A stretch of DNA of 64,000 bases, from the IMG/VR virus record IMGVR_UViG_3300030029_000205, one strand, 5' to 3'. The stretch comes from a virus (taxonomy: Duplodnaviria > Heunggongvirae > Uroviricota > Caudoviricetes). Below are positions 8,751 to 19,201 of this stretch, in pieces. How positions within the stretch are numbered: the first letter of the stretch is position 1; every line of letters starts with the position of its first letter. Position numbers and translations under genes: made by a program. The notes under the pieces are model-generated. The model saw only the letters and a list, made by a program, of their open reading frames with translations, had not been told where the DNA came from and searched no databases.

Positions 8751-9455
8751 ATGGATTTAAGGGATACTCGACCGTATTATGTAGTACATACTAAAGGAGA
8801 CTGTAAAATTTATCGTTGTTCGAAAGATTTTGATTTCTTGACCAAAGACGGTATTCCTCACAGTGTATATAAGTGCTATACAATAGAGGAGGCTAAAGCC
8901 TGTAAAAGAGGTAATAATCCCTCTGATAAGGACGCTCGTTATATATTTGATGATACAAACAATTATCCTTATGCTTTTATAGATGGTTCTTTTAATCATG
9001 CTAAAAAGGTGTATGGTTGGGGTGGTTTTATAGACTATTGGGGTACGAGGTATATGATTAAGGGTAACGGTGATAATCCTGAGTATGCAAAGTATAAATC
9101 CACAATCGGGGAAGCATTAGGGGTAATGAATGTAGTGGATAAAGCCGTTGAGTTGGGTATCACTCATTTGGTAATATACTTTGATTTTGCTCCATTAGAA
9201 ACTTGGTTATTTGAAGGGTGTAAAAGTGAAAATGAAGTAAGAAAGATATATAAAGACCATATAGAAAATGCGGTATCTGATGGGTTACATCTTATATTTA
9301 AAAAGGTAGAAGCTCATACAAAAGTAAGGGGTAACTGTATAGCTGATATGATAGCTAAGGATGCAGTAGGTGCGAAAAGGAAAAAGAAGTCTTTACCCTT
9401 TAGTTTTTTCAATGTAAGAAATACTGAAAGAGAATATGCTTTTATGCGTGTTTGA
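8751..9455 (+). CDS. rnhA: ribonuclease H1 with N-terminal hybrid-binding (HBD) domain
   Basis: ATG 8751, 11 nt after GGAAGGGGG. N-terminal YYVVHTKG..IY...F....G...YK.YT.EEA..A matches the RNase H1 HBD. Catalytic core FIDGSF, GEALGV, VEAHTKVRGNCIADMIAKDA. Confidence 0.75.
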   Translation: MDLRDTRPYYVVHTKGDCKIYRCSKDFDFLTKDGIPHSVYKCYTIEEAKACKRGNNPSDKDARYIFDDTNNYPYAFIDGSFNHAKKVYGWGGFIDYWGTRYMIKGNGDNPEYAKYKSTIGEALGVMNVVDKAVELGITHLVIYFDFAPLETWLFEGCKSENEVRKIYKDHIENAVSDGLHLIFKKVEAHTKVRGNCIADMIAKDAVGAKRKKKSLPFSFFNVRNTEREYAFMRV

Positions 9456-9462
9456 TTTTATA

Positions 9463-9495
9463 AAATGTGAGTCTTTTAAAGGCTCACATTTTTTA
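9463..9495 (+). terminator. intrinsic terminator (AATGTGAG...CTCACATT + TTTTTAT)
   Basis: 8-bp stem, then a T-tract. Confidence 0.6.
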
Positions 9496-9955
9496 TGCTT
9501 AAATATGTAAAATTCGGGAATGCAGAATTTTTATCAAATTTTAAGATACTTAATTTTAGTTAAAGAACCTATCAAAAATCATATGTTAAATGTGTACAAG
9601 ATTGAATAGAATATTTTAAAATAAGCTATCAAAATTTTGGTATGGTTTTCTCGTGGTTTATTTTTCTAAAGAAGTGTAATTTTTAAAATTGTGATAGATT
9701 GGTATTGTATGTATGGAAAAGAATAAAGGTAAAGGGTATTTAGAATTATAAACTATTAGAAATAAGAAAATATAAATTTAGATTTCAGAATGATAATTTT
9801 ACATATAACATAGTAAATTTTAGAAAGGAGAAAGAAATGATTAGTAAAAGGAATTAGTTTTTAAGATTGTATTTATTTTATAATATAGTGTTAGAAGAAT
9901 GTTGATTTACTTAATATTTTTAGTTATATTTTATGTTTGAGAGGAGAAGTATTTT

Positions 9956-11170
9956 ATGAGTTACATCTATGATAAATTAAGAGATGCTTTAGGTGGTAAG
10001 ATATTTAGGTCTGGTATAGTCTTTAAAAACTGGTCACCTAATGAGATTAGAGCTATCTACATTATGAGAGATTTTATTCTTGTTGCAGATTACCTTAAGC
10101 AACCTAAGATTATAAAATTAGATACTAATGAGGTAGCTATGGATTTATCAAATCCATCCAGAAGGGGTAATCTGAATAACCTGTTAGAGAGTCGTCATCT
10201 TTCTTGTATGGAAGAGATATATGTTGATTCTTGTTACCAGGGGTATAAGGATGTTATTGATTTGAATAGCTTTGTTCAAGGCTTATACAATCAAGCATCC
10301 CGACTGAGATATTATGGGTATGTCAGTGGTTTTTCAGTTGATGCTTTGCAGACTTTCTATTCCAGTGCCTTGATTAACGGTAGTATGGATATGACAGTGG
10401 CTAAGTCACTAAACAATTTTTCATACAATGACTTAAGTAACAAGGATTGGTATAAGAAGTATAACTTAAGACCTCAGTGGTATGATATTGACTCAGAGAA
10501 GGGTAGATTGCATACCTATTTTTCTAAATGTGAAAAACTTATAGGTGATAAAGAAACTGCTAAAGATGCTCAGATTAGTGAGTTGACTAAGATGAGTACA
10601 ATTGTTGATATGTTTAACAAAGATAGGGAAAGAGCTCAAGATATTAAGCTTTTAATGTCTTTCATTACTTTTTGTAAGGGTTGTGAAGAGTTTTCTGCAT
10701 CAGTAGCAAAATGTTTACAGAATAGTATGATAGAAAAATTAAAACCTATTAAGGGTTTATCTAAAGAGTTATTTTTGAAGGCTATGCGAACAAGTAATAT
10801 AAAGATGGGGGGAGCTGAGAAGTATTTATTTGATTTATACCAAAAGGTAGAAGTTTTTGATTCAGATGATACAACTGAGGAATTGAAAAAAGGTATAGAT
10901 GGTATATACCAATTAGGGTATAGATTAGATAGAGGCTTAGCTGATGCTTTAAATAAGAATAAAAAGAAAGAGTATTACATTTTATTCCTGTTAACCTCAG
11001 CAAGGGTAGATTTCCTACCAGAAGGATTATTTACTGCTAAGTTGGAGGAGAAATCTTTGTTAAATTGCAGTATGTGTAGTCCTGAAAAAATAGATGGTTT
11101 GATTAATTATGTATATAGTCTTTGTGGATTCTCTAAAGAAGACTATAAGAATAATATTGTAGTTGCGTAA
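9956..11170 (+). CDS. hypothetical protein
   Basis: 404-aa ORF with RBS GAGAGGAGAAG upstream, after a ~500-bp AT-rich regulatory region. Confidence 0.7.
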   Translation: MSYIYDKLRDALGGKIFRSGIVFKNWSPNEIRAIYIMRDFILVADYLKQPKIIKLDTNEVAMDLSNPSRRGNLNNLLESRHLSCMEEIYVDSCYQGYKDVIDLNSFVQGLYNQASRLRYYGYVSGFSVDALQTFYSSALINGSMDMTVAKSLNNFSYNDLSNKDWYKKYNLRPQWYDIDSEKGRLHTYFSKCEKLIGDKETAKDAQISELTKMSTIVDMFNKDRERAQDIKLLMSFITFCKGCEEFSASVAKCLQNSMIEKLKPIKGLSKELFLKAMRTSNIKMGGAEKYLFDLYQKVEVFDSDDTTEELKKGIDGIYQLGYRLDRGLADALNKNKKKEYYILFLLTSARVDFLPEGLFTAKLEEKSLLNCSMCSPEKIDGLINYVYSLCGFSKEDYKNNIVVA

Positions 11171-11188
11171 TGTCAAGGAGTGTTTTAG

Positions 11189-14100
11189 ATGAAAGAGAAG
11201 GTAATCTCTTTAAGGGTAGGTAAATTGGCTGAGGGAAAGAAATCCTTATTACCTAATGTATTCTCAGCTTTATGTGGAAATAAGGCAGGTAAGATGAAAT
11301 ATGTGGGTATAGAGGGTATAAACCTTAGAGGTTTTGAGAAGAAACTCTTAGGTGCAGATACTGATTTATATTTAGATACTCTGATAGATGCTATATCCAT
11401 TGTAGAAAATATGGGTATTAAAGATGCTGATTGTGCTTTATGTAGTAATGATAGCTTTAAAGTGGCGAAACTTTTTGGGGTACATTTAGCAACAAATCTG
11501 ACTTCTGATGAGATTATTTCTAAATGGGCATCTGAAGAGATGGTAGATGACTTTGATGTATATAAAGAAGGTAATGATTCAGATACAGATTGGGATGAAG
11601 TTGACGAAGATTATAGTGATGCTGATGATATCTATGATGACGAAGAAGAGGATATGGGTGAAGAAGAGGTATATGAGGATTCAGATGAACCTGAGGTAAA
11701 TGATGATGAGGCTGTTCTTAGGGAAGAGATAAAGAAAGTATTTAATTCTACTGTTATATCTCTTGTTTCTAAGGTAAAGAAGAGATATGATTTACTTTTT
11801 GAATCTGGGTATGACCTTGAAAGACCTTATTGTATTATAAGCGATAAGGGTAGTTTATTTGTAGATAGCGATAATGTATTAAAGATGCGTGAAAACCCCT
11901 CAAAGGATATAGATTTTAGTGCTATCTTAAATATATATGAGTTATTTGAAGGTAAGATTGGTTTTAACTTGAGTGATGCCAGGTCATCCAAGGTAATTGC
12001 TCAGGATTTATTAGAGGGGTATTTAAATGGAGGTAAGTTAGATTACTTCCCCTATAAGTTGTTGGAGTATGCTTATGGTAGAAATCCCTCAAGAGAAGAG
12101 AGTACACAATACAGTTATGCTACTTATAAAGGTCAAGGAGTAAGTACCAATTGGGGCAAGTTCGGTGATAAAGTAGTTGAAGATATTAGATTGACTGTTG
12201 AAGATGCAATTACTTCTTATTGTCTTGATGTACTTAAAACAGGTACTGAGAGAGAAAATATTAGAAGTATAATTAGAGATTCTCAGACTATTAAAAATAT
12301 TCAAAATTATATTGAATATGTAGCTGATAGTTTAAGTGTTTGTATCATTGTAACAGAATATAAAAGTATAGATGGAAAGCCAGTAATGCTGAAAATGAGG
12401 GTATGTGACCCAAGAGGCAAAGTTACTAACGGTATGACTGGTGAAATTATCAATACTGCTTTTTCGGGTAATACAGGAGGTTCCTCAGGTGCTACTTTAA
12501 ACAGTGGTTTAAACGAGTCAGATAGTATGACTTATAGGGTATTTGAGTTTGGTCACGAGTTTAATCACTCTTTAAGTAATGCTATGCCATTATTTGCTTA
12601 TAAGGCTTTTGAAAAGTTAAGAGAGAAAGGTGAAAATGTTTCCTTTAAGGACTTGATTCTTGGTCAGAGTACAGATGGAACTATACTTAGAAATGGCACT
12701 CACGGCTTAGTTTTGGATAAAAAATTATTCCATTATATTAATGCAGGTAGTAGAAGTGGTAAGGGTGTTATGACTCTAAATATGATTGCAGGAGCCCTGT
12801 TAAGCGGTAAGGCTGTAATATACTTAGATAATAAGCCTGATATGGTATCTATGTTAGCTAAGTTATGTGGTGGAGAAGAAGGAGGAAATTATAGTGGACC
12901 TCCTTTCTTTGGTATTAACGGTTCTAATAATGTAGATGACAAGCAGAAACAGTTTACGCACGAAGATGCTTGGATTAGTAGAGACAATATTCCGATAGAG
13001 GCAGTAGCTTTATTTGGAGAACCTACTTGGAGCAAGTATGGTGAAATTTTTTATATGAGAGCCTATACTTTAGCGATGGGTATTATCCTTGCTCGAGGTC
13101 TTGATGGTGGTCACGGTAAGATGAATGACCCAGCATATGGTGGTAAAGAGGGTATCTTCTTAGTTTGTGATGAAACTAATGTGTTACAAGAGAAATTCAA
13201 GGTAATTGGTCAAATTATTGCTGATAAGATACCTTTACAGGCTAAGAAGTTTAAGTCTATGTCAGCGAGTTTAGAGTCTGTATATAATGAGGCTTATTCT
13301 GAAAATGCAAGAAAGGGTGCAGAGTTAAAGTTTTTCAATGCTAAGCGTGATTTTGAAGAAGCTTTCAATGCTCATAAGTTTTATGCATTAGCATACTTGA
13401 ATACTTTATCTGACAACATTGCTTACATATATGATAAAAGCCTTGCAGGATTTTTACAGAAGGAGATGGAATGTTCTGATATTGTAATTATAGGTCAGAA
13501 TTTAGAGCAGAAACCGATATCTAAAGATACTATTACTTCCGCTGTATCAAGTGGTAGATTATCGGGTGAAGGTTCAGGAGCTAACGGCTTAGGAGGTACT
13601 CAGATAGCAAAGGATGTAAAAGGTATGGCATCGATTCCTTTTGCTCACTTTGTGTTTAGTAGTTCTGATGCTTTAATAGGGTATAATTCTTTACATCCAG
13701 AATACCTTGCTCAAACTGAGCAGAATTCAAAGGCTTTTGGAAGACTTGATTTGGTAGCTAATAACTTTTGTTATATTCCTAATTTTAAGGTTAGTGCCAG
13801 TGAAGATGATGTGCCAGGAGCTCAGTTAACTAAGAATGTAGCTAATGCAAGTACAAGCGTGTATTTCAAGCCTTATCTTATTCTCAATGATGCATCTAAG
13901 GCTTATACAGACCAGATGTTTGATAGAGTAAGAAATGCAGGGTTAACTCCAGAAGATGTTGTGTATGAGTATCCTAATGCCGATGGTAGTGATATTAGTC
14001 CGTATGTAGGATTTCCAGAGTACATGAGCTTAATGGGGGTATCAGATATACCTGAGAGATTACAAAAAGGTGCTAACATAGCTAATATGGTAGTAAGAGA

Positions 14101-15583
14101 TGTATTAGGGTATCAAGACGATGGTAGCGGAAGACCTTTATGGTTACAGTTTGTAACTGATATGCGACCTGAATGGATGCTCTCTGTTAGAGATATAGCT
14201 TGTATGTGTGGTGGTTTGACTTCTGACGCTAATATGACTAAAGGCAGAGATAATCCTATTACTAAAGAGTATTATGAATATATAGATTATGTTAATAAGC
14301 ATAAAGAGCTTAACATAGATGATACTACTATGTCAAGTGAAGGAGCCTATTTTGAAGATGAGAATGGTGAAAGACAGTATGATATAAGTGGGTATGAGAG
14401 TGATGCTCGCAGAGATTTCTATGCTACTGATGATGGTAGCGATGAGGAGTTTGAAGAAGAGTCTTTTCAAGATAGAATGGCTCATAGTCTTGGTGATGAT
14501 GAGACTATAGATGACTTTGAGGAAATTGATTTGTTTGATGATTCAGATAATTTCGATGAACCAGGAGCTGAAAATATTGGAGCTTTCGATGATTTTGAGG
14601 ATGCTAATGCTGTTGGTGACACATATGGTAATCCTGTTTTAGATGAGAAAGATGCTTTAATAGCAACTCTCATTGATAGATTACAGCAGAATGGTATAGA
14701 TGTATCGGATTTGGATGGGTATTCAATACCAGAGACAGGTAAAGGTGTAGATTGTGGGTATGATTGCCCTGATTATAAAGAAGAATTCTCAAGTCAAGAT
14801 ATAGGAAATATGGATTTCAGTAGTGAGGATGATGAAATAACTGCTACAACATATGCTAATCTTGTAAAACTGGTAACCAATAAGGTAATTGGTAATTTCG
14901 GTGGTTATGATAGAATAAACACCTTTAGGGTAATTGGTGGAGCTATTGCGATTAACGGTACTATTTTTAGAAGTAAGGTAAGTAAAGACTGTTTAGGTTT
15001 ACTTCCTCTTGATATAAGAAGACAGATTTCTGCAGGAAATCTGGCAGATCTGTTTAACTATAGAGAGTTGTTTAATATGCCGAATTTGAGGGGTTTAGAT
15101 TTTGATTCTGAGAGTTTTGTATATAATAGGGTATCGCCTTTACTTGGTTTTATTGATACAATTGGGGTAGATAACTATTTTGAGGCATTTAGTTCTTTAC
15201 AGATACTCAAAATTGGAAACAGGAAGTTTACAAGACAGAATTACAAAATGGAAATTGGTGATGAAGATATCTTCAGTTATCAGAGTAAAGCTACAAAATA
15301 TGCAAGGATGTGTGACAACAACTTGTCTAATCTTACTTCTAAATCTTGGAGTTTTACTAAAAATATGTTCAATAGTAAGAACCACGGCTTAGTAGCTAAA
15401 ACTTTTGGGGTAATATTTGGTACTACAGCATCGTTAGCAACAGGTGCAGCATCTTTAGGAGCTAAAGCTGCAAAGGGTATATCCCATCAGGTAGATAGAC
15501 ACAATCAGCGTAAAACCTTTACTGAGAAAGCTAAAGATGGTTTTTCTGCTTTTAAGGGTGGTTTTAAAGATTTGTTTAATTGA
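11189..15583 (+). CDS. giant 1464-aa protein with acidic low-complexity tracts and a possible deviant P-loop NTPase core
   Basis: RBS AAGGAG. Acidic tracts DEEEDMGEEEVYEDSDEPEVNDDEA, plus C-terminal DE-rich and Gly/Ala-rich tails. INAGSRSGKGVMT (GKG instead of GKS/T) and GIFLVCDETNVL (hhhhDE). Confidence 0.8.
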   Translation: MKEKVISLRVGKLAEGKKSLLPNVFSALCGNKAGKMKYVGIEGINLRGFEKKLLGADTDLYLDTLIDAISIVENMGIKDADCALCSNDSFKVAKLFGVHLATNLTSDEIISKWASEEMVDDFDVYKEGNDSDTDWDEVDEDYSDADDIYDDEEEDMGEEEVYEDSDEPEVNDDEAVLREEIKKVFNSTVISLVSKVKKRYDLLFESGYDLERPYCIISDKGSLFVDSDNVLKMRENPSKDIDFSAILNIYELFEGKIGFNLSDARSSKVIAQDLLEGYLNGGKLDYFPYKLLEYAYGRNPSREESTQYSYATYKGQGVSTNWGKFGDKVVEDIRLTVEDAITSYCLDVLKTGTERENIRSIIRDSQTIKNIQNYIEYVADSLSVCIIVTEYKSIDGKPVMLKMRVCDPRGKVTNGMTGEIINTAFSGNTGGSSGATLNSGLNESDSMTYRVFEFGHEFNHSLSNAMPLFAYKAFEKLREKGENVSFKDLILGQSTDGTILRNGTHGLVLDKKLFHYINAGSRSGKGVMTLNMIAGALLSGKAVIYLDNKPDMVSMLAKLCGGEEGGNYSGPPFFGINGSNNVDDKQKQFTHEDAWISRDNIPIEAVALFGEPTWSKYGEIFYMRAYTLAMGIILARGLDGGHGKMNDPAYGGKEGIFLVCDETNVLQEKFKVIGQIIADKIPLQAKKFKSMSASLESVYNEAYSENARKGAELKFFNAKRDFEEAFNAHKFYALAYLNTLSDNIAYIYDKSLAGFLQKEMECSDIVIIGQNLEQKPISKDTITSAVSSGRLSGEGSGANGLGGTQIAKDVKGMASIPFAHFVFSSSDALIGYNSLHPEYLAQTEQNSKAFGRLDLVANNFCYIPNFKVSASEDDVPGAQLTKNVANASTSVYFKPYLILNDASKAYTDQMFDRVRNAGLTPEDVVYEYPNADGSDISPYVGFPEYMSLMGVSDIPERLQKGANIANMVVRDVLGYQDDGSGRPLWLQFVTDMRPEWMLSVRDIACMCGGLTSDANMTKGRDNPITKEYYEYIDYVNKHKELNIDDTTMSSEGAYFEDENGERQYDISGYESDARRDFYATDDGSDEEFEEESFQDRMAHSLGDDETIDDFEEIDLFDDSDNFDEPGAENIGAFDDFEDANAVGDTYGNPVLDEKDALIATLIDRLQQNGIDVSDLDGYSIPETGKGVDCGYDCPDYKEEFSSQDIGNMDFSSEDDEITATTYANLVKLVTNKVIGNFGGYDRINTFRVIGGAIAINGTIFRSKVSKDCLGLLPLDIRRQISAGNLADLFNYRELFNMPNLRGLDFDSESFVYNRVSPLLGFIDTIGVDNYFEAFSSLQILKIGNRKFTRQNYKMEIGDEDIFSYQSKATKYARMCDNNLSNLTSKSWSFTKNMFNSKNHGLVAKTFGVIFGTTASLATGAASLGAKAAKGISHQVDRHNQRKTFTEKAKDGFSAFKGGFKDLFN

Positions 15584-15600
15584 TGATAAAACGGCAAGAA

Positions 15601-15631
15601 AAGGTACTCTTTTAAGAGTACCTTTTTTAAT
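15601..15631 (+). terminator. intrinsic terminator (AAGGTACTC-ttttaa-GAGTACCTT + TTTTTAAT)
   Basis: 9-bp stem plus T-tract right after the stop of the giant gene. Confidence 0.7.
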
Positions 15632-15673
15632 TTATATTTTATTGGTGTGCTTTTTGCAGGGGAGGTGGTGAGA

Positions 15674-15913
15674 TTGAAAAATCCATATGAAGTTTTGGGT
15701 GTATCTTCTTTAGATACCTTATCTGAAATTAAAGATAGATATAGAAAGCTATGTAAGAAGTATCATCCAGATTTAGCAGGAGCTGAATATACAGCTAAGT
15801 TTCAAGAAATAAATGATGCTTGGGAATATATAAAAACCCATACAAAGGATGATAAACCTAAGCAGTATTGGTCACACAAATCATTATTTACAGTTGAAAG
15901 GAAGTCTTTTTGA
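15674..15913 (+). CDS. J-domain (DnaJ-like) co-chaperone
   Basis: TTG 15674, 6 nt after GGAGGTG. LKNPYEVLGVSSLDTLSEIKDRYRKLCKKYHPDLAG..FQEINDAWEYI with the HPD tripeptide. Confidence 0.75.
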   Translation: MKNPYEVLGVSSLDTLSEIKDRYRKLCKKYHPDLAGAEYTAKFQEINDAWEYIKTHTKDDKPKQYWSHKSLFTVERKSF

Positions 15914-16320
15914 TGAAGAAGTTAATTAAAAATGATATCGTAAATATGGACTGGAATGCAGATACATTTTACGAGAGCAGAGATTATGGTTTTGTAGCAG
16001 CCGTAAATGTATATGAAACCGATAAGGGTAGTGTTCCTGTTGTTTTTCAGGATAATAAAATCTTTCTTCTCTATGATGCTGATGAAGGGGATTTAGCATC
16101 TCTTGATGATATTAAAGCAGTGGTTAAAGATTGCTTTGATACAGGAGAAGATGTAGAAGACAGATATTGTGAGTCTTATATCGAGATGGGTATTGGCTCA
16201 GTGGACAACGAAGATGTAGCTTATAACTATGGTCTGACCGATGATGATATTGATGATATTAATCATCGTATTGCAGATTTAGCTCCTTATTGGGAGATTG
16301 ATGAAATTCCTATGACTTAA
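15910..16320 (+). CDS. acidic hypothetical protein
   Basis: 136-aa ORF overlapping the previous stop (ATGA). D/E-rich. Confidence 0.6.
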   Translation: MMKKLIKNDIVNMDWNADTFYESRDYGFVAAVNVYETDKGSVPVVFQDNKIFLLYDADEGDLASLDDIKAVVKDCFDTGEDVEDRYCESYIEMGIGSVDNEDVAYNYGLTDDDIDDINHRIADLAPYWEIDEIPMT

Positions 16321-16527
16321 TCTGCAAAAAGAATTAACAAGATTATATTGTATTTTGTTATGATTTGTTGTAAACTATATATTGTAGTTAAAGGTATTTA
16401 AAAATATTTTTTTCTTTCCTTTCATTTTATTGTTTTTGAATATTCTTTAGCTATTAAAAGATAGGTGTGATGTGTCTCAGTCACTTAAATAAAAGAGTTA
16501 TAAATAGCCTATTGTACAATATTTAGA

Positions 16528-16566
16528 AAGTCGGTAGATTTTTATGTAGTCTACCGACTTTCTTGT
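16528..16566 (+). terminator. stem-loop terminator (AAGTCGGTAGA...TCTACCGACTT + TTCTTGTG)
   Basis: 11-bp stem. Downstream T-rich but interrupted. Confidence 0.5.
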
Positions 16567-17222
16567 GCGTAAAAATAGAAAATTAGATTTAAGAAAATTC
16601 AATTAGAATTATAAAAAGTAATATTACATATAAAAAAGAAAAAATCAGTTCTTTAAGATATTTTTATCAGATATATAAAATACATTATTTAGTTTTTAGA
16701 AATAGTTGTTATTTGCTTGGTTTTTATTGTGTTGATAGTACATATTTCTTTTGGTGGAGAAGTATGTACTTTTATTTATAAATAAATGTACAAGACTATA
16801 TTGTGTAGTTTTTATAAAGCAGTATAGGGTATAATGATGTCAAGTGGGTATTGTTGATTGTTTATCTGTTTTGTTGATTTTTAAAAATATGTTTATATCT
16901 TTCTAATGTAAATTGGAGTACTTATAGAATTTATATGACTTTATATGAAGTTATGTTGATTTTGAGAGTACTCTTTTTTATTTTGGTAAAATGGTTAAAA
17001 TTTTTGGTTATATTAATACTCATAAAATTTAACTATAGTTTATTTTTAGAATTTTTCTTGCAGGTGCGGTTAATTTTGAATAAAAAAATTGTGGGTGGTG
17101 TTCTGGTTAGGTGCAGTGGTTAAAAAATTATGTATTTAAGTTACCCATTATTAAGAATATATTAGTTGATTTATAATTTAATTTTGTTATAGGATTAAGT
17201 TTCTATAATTTGTCAGATTACC

Positions 17223-17251
17223 TTGTATTTTTGTAAGAAAAATGGTAAAAT
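17223..17251 (+). promoter_or_regulatory. promoter TTGTAT-N17(…TGG)-TAAAAT
   Basis: Same architecture as the others. About 90 nt upstream of the 17344 gene. Confidence 0.5.
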
Positions 17252-17343
17252 AATATACATAAATAAGATGTGATTAGGTTATATTTTCACAGAATTATAA
17301 ATAAGTTATTTAGATAGGTGAATTATTGCTTAGGAGTGATGAT

Positions 17344-17946
17344 ATGAATAATTTTTTTAAAGAAATGTTAAAGTGTAAGATGTTAATATACAATAAGAAG
17401 GATAGACTCTCCGCTGATGTATTTTTAAAAGTACAGACTTTTGTAGAGAGTGGTAGCTATTCTTCTTGTAAGAAGGCACCTTATATTGCTAAGATGTCTT
17501 TGCAAGGGTTTAGTCCTGTGTATATAGCACAGCATTATGGATTGTCCTCTGAGACAATAAGAGCAGAGAAAAGAAATATATCCAAAGAATTATGGAGTAT
17601 TTTCCCTGAGGATTTTTTCGAGAAATTATCAAATTACTCTTTAAATAAAGAGTATGTTGATAGTTGTATCTACTCTATTGAAAATGCAGGTACTTCCTCT
17701 AACGAATTATTGTTGATGGGTATTTCCGCTGATATTTATTCTAAAAATACTAAGCCTTTGGGTGATTATGACATTTCTGACTTACAGGATGAGTTATATT
17801 TTCTTTTAAGGTATTCTAAATCCTTTTTTGAAAATGACTTATTGAGTGTTGATTTAAATAAACTTGCTTACATCTTATCTGTTATTGATGGAAAGGCAGG
17901 AAATCCCTCTATAAGAACCGATATACTTAAGAATTTTAAAGTTTAA
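17344..17946 (+). CDS. putative transcription regulator with sigma-70 region-4-like HTH
   Basis: ATG 17344, 7 nt after GGAG. Promoter at 17223-17251. SLQGFSPVYIAQHYGLSSETIRAEKRNISKEL resembles a sigma region 4 / LuxR-type HTH. Confidence 0.6.
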   Translation: MNNFFKEMLKCKMLIYNKKDRLSADVFLKVQTFVESGSYSSCKKAPYIAKMSLQGFSPVYIAQHYGLSSETIRAEKRNISKELWSIFPEDFFEKLSNYSLNKEYVDSCIYSIENAGTSSNELLLMGISADIYSKNTKPLGDYDISDLQDELYFLLRYSKSFFENDLLSVDLNKLAYILSVIDGKAGNPSIRTDILKNFKV

Positions 17947-17968
17947 TATCAAGAAAGGAAGTTTAAAA

Positions 17969-19201
17969 ATGATTAAATGTGAAAATCTGTTGGGTATAAA
18001 TACTATTGATACATATTATGAATTTCTTTTTTGTATGGCATTAGCAGCTGAGTGTGGTAGACGACATACAGTATTGGATATGTCAACTATGCGAATTACT
18101 GATAAAAGTATGCTGTCAGATGATGATATAGCTTATATGCACTATTTAAGAAATGAAGGCTGTATTTTCGATGGTAGTAAACACAGCAAGGAAACGGTAT
18201 TGGAATTACCTCGTTACTACTTTAATACTGAAGCCATCGCTGTTCTGGGTAGCAAGTTGTTTGAGGAGAAGGAAGATTCCTATTATTGGAGTACTTCTTA
18301 TGCCTATAAACACTACAAGGGTTTTGTAGATGATGTATTGAATAAAAAGAAGTTGGGTACTACTATTTTACATTTAACTGCGTATATGCTGATTAGTATT
18401 CTTTTAGGGGAGAAACCTAAGAAACCTGTTATTTTCTATTTTAAAGACTATGAGGTTAAAACATCTCATATCTACATTACTCTTATTGCCTGTATAAATA
18501 AGCTTAGTGTGTTGAAAAATTTGGTAAAGGTTGAGTTTGATAAGAACTATATAGATATTATGGATGACTTGGACTTTAAAATTTTGTACGATACTGCTTT
18601 ACACGCTAAGAGATTAAGAAAGTGGTCTTGTAAGGAAAAATTTGATGCTTTCAATCTTATGGGTTTTGAGAGAGGGAGTATAGCAGTAATTTATGAAAGA
18701 ACAAGGATTAGTGAAAGCAATCCTATTGGTGTAGTAGGTAGAGCTTTTATTGTTAGGATAGATGATTATTCTGACGATGTAAATTCTGGTAAGGCAGGTT
18801 GGAAAGTTACAAAATTTGCTGTAAACAAAACCAAAGAAGAGTTAGAGGATGATTACTTTGGTATTGATGAAGATTACCGTAATCTTTTTAAAGATTTGTT
18901 AGACCCGAAGTTGGGTATTACAAAATCTTTTATAAGTTTTGACACTTTGGGTATCGGAACTCATTTTTTAGATGAAGAACTTATTTTAATGCCAATTGAG
19001 AAAGATGAAGAGGTTTCTAAAAAGGTGTCTGTAAATGGTAAGCAGGTAATTATGCCGATGAATGATGTAGATATTATCTACTGGATACTTAATCAGTATA
19101 ATGTAGATTTTGATAAAGATTTATATAAAAGGTATTACAATGATGGTAAACCTCTTATGTGGGATACTTGTGATGGTAGCCAGGTACATAGCTTTGATTA
19201 G
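17969..19201 (+). CDS. hypothetical protein
   Basis: 410-aa ORF with RBS AAAGGAAG. Confidence 0.7.
   Translation: MIKCENLLGINTIDTYYEFLFCMALAAECGRRHTVLDMSTMRITDKSMLSDDDIAYMHYLRNEGCIFDGSKHSKETVLELPRYYFNTEAIAVLGSKLFEEKEDSYYWSTSYAYKHYKGFVDDVLNKKKLGTTILHLTAYMLISILLGEKPKKPVIFYFKDYEVKTSHIYITLIACINKLSVLKNLVKVEFDKNYIDIMDDLDFKILYDTALHAKRLRKWSCKEKFDAFNLMGFERGSIAVIYERTRISESNPIGVVGRAFIVRIDDYSDDVNSGKAGWKVTKFAVNKTKEELEDDYFGIDEDYRNLFKDLLDPKLGITKSFISFDTLGIGTHFLDEELILMPIEKDEEVSKKVSVNGKQVIMPMNDVDIIYWILNQYNVDFDKDLYKRYYNDGKPLMWDTCDGSQVHSFD

Noticed and set aside
15180-15392. Alternative-frame + strand ORFs nested in large genes (15180-15392, 29613-29834, 40154-40348)
   Set aside because: Fully contained within longer ORFs that carry strong domain evidence. 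No start signals.
16935-17123. 62-aa + strand ORF inside the 1-kb AT-rich spacer
   Set aside because: No RBS. Translation is low-complexity L/I/F-rich, typical of AT-rich non-coding DNA. Surrounded by promoter-like and repeat sequence.
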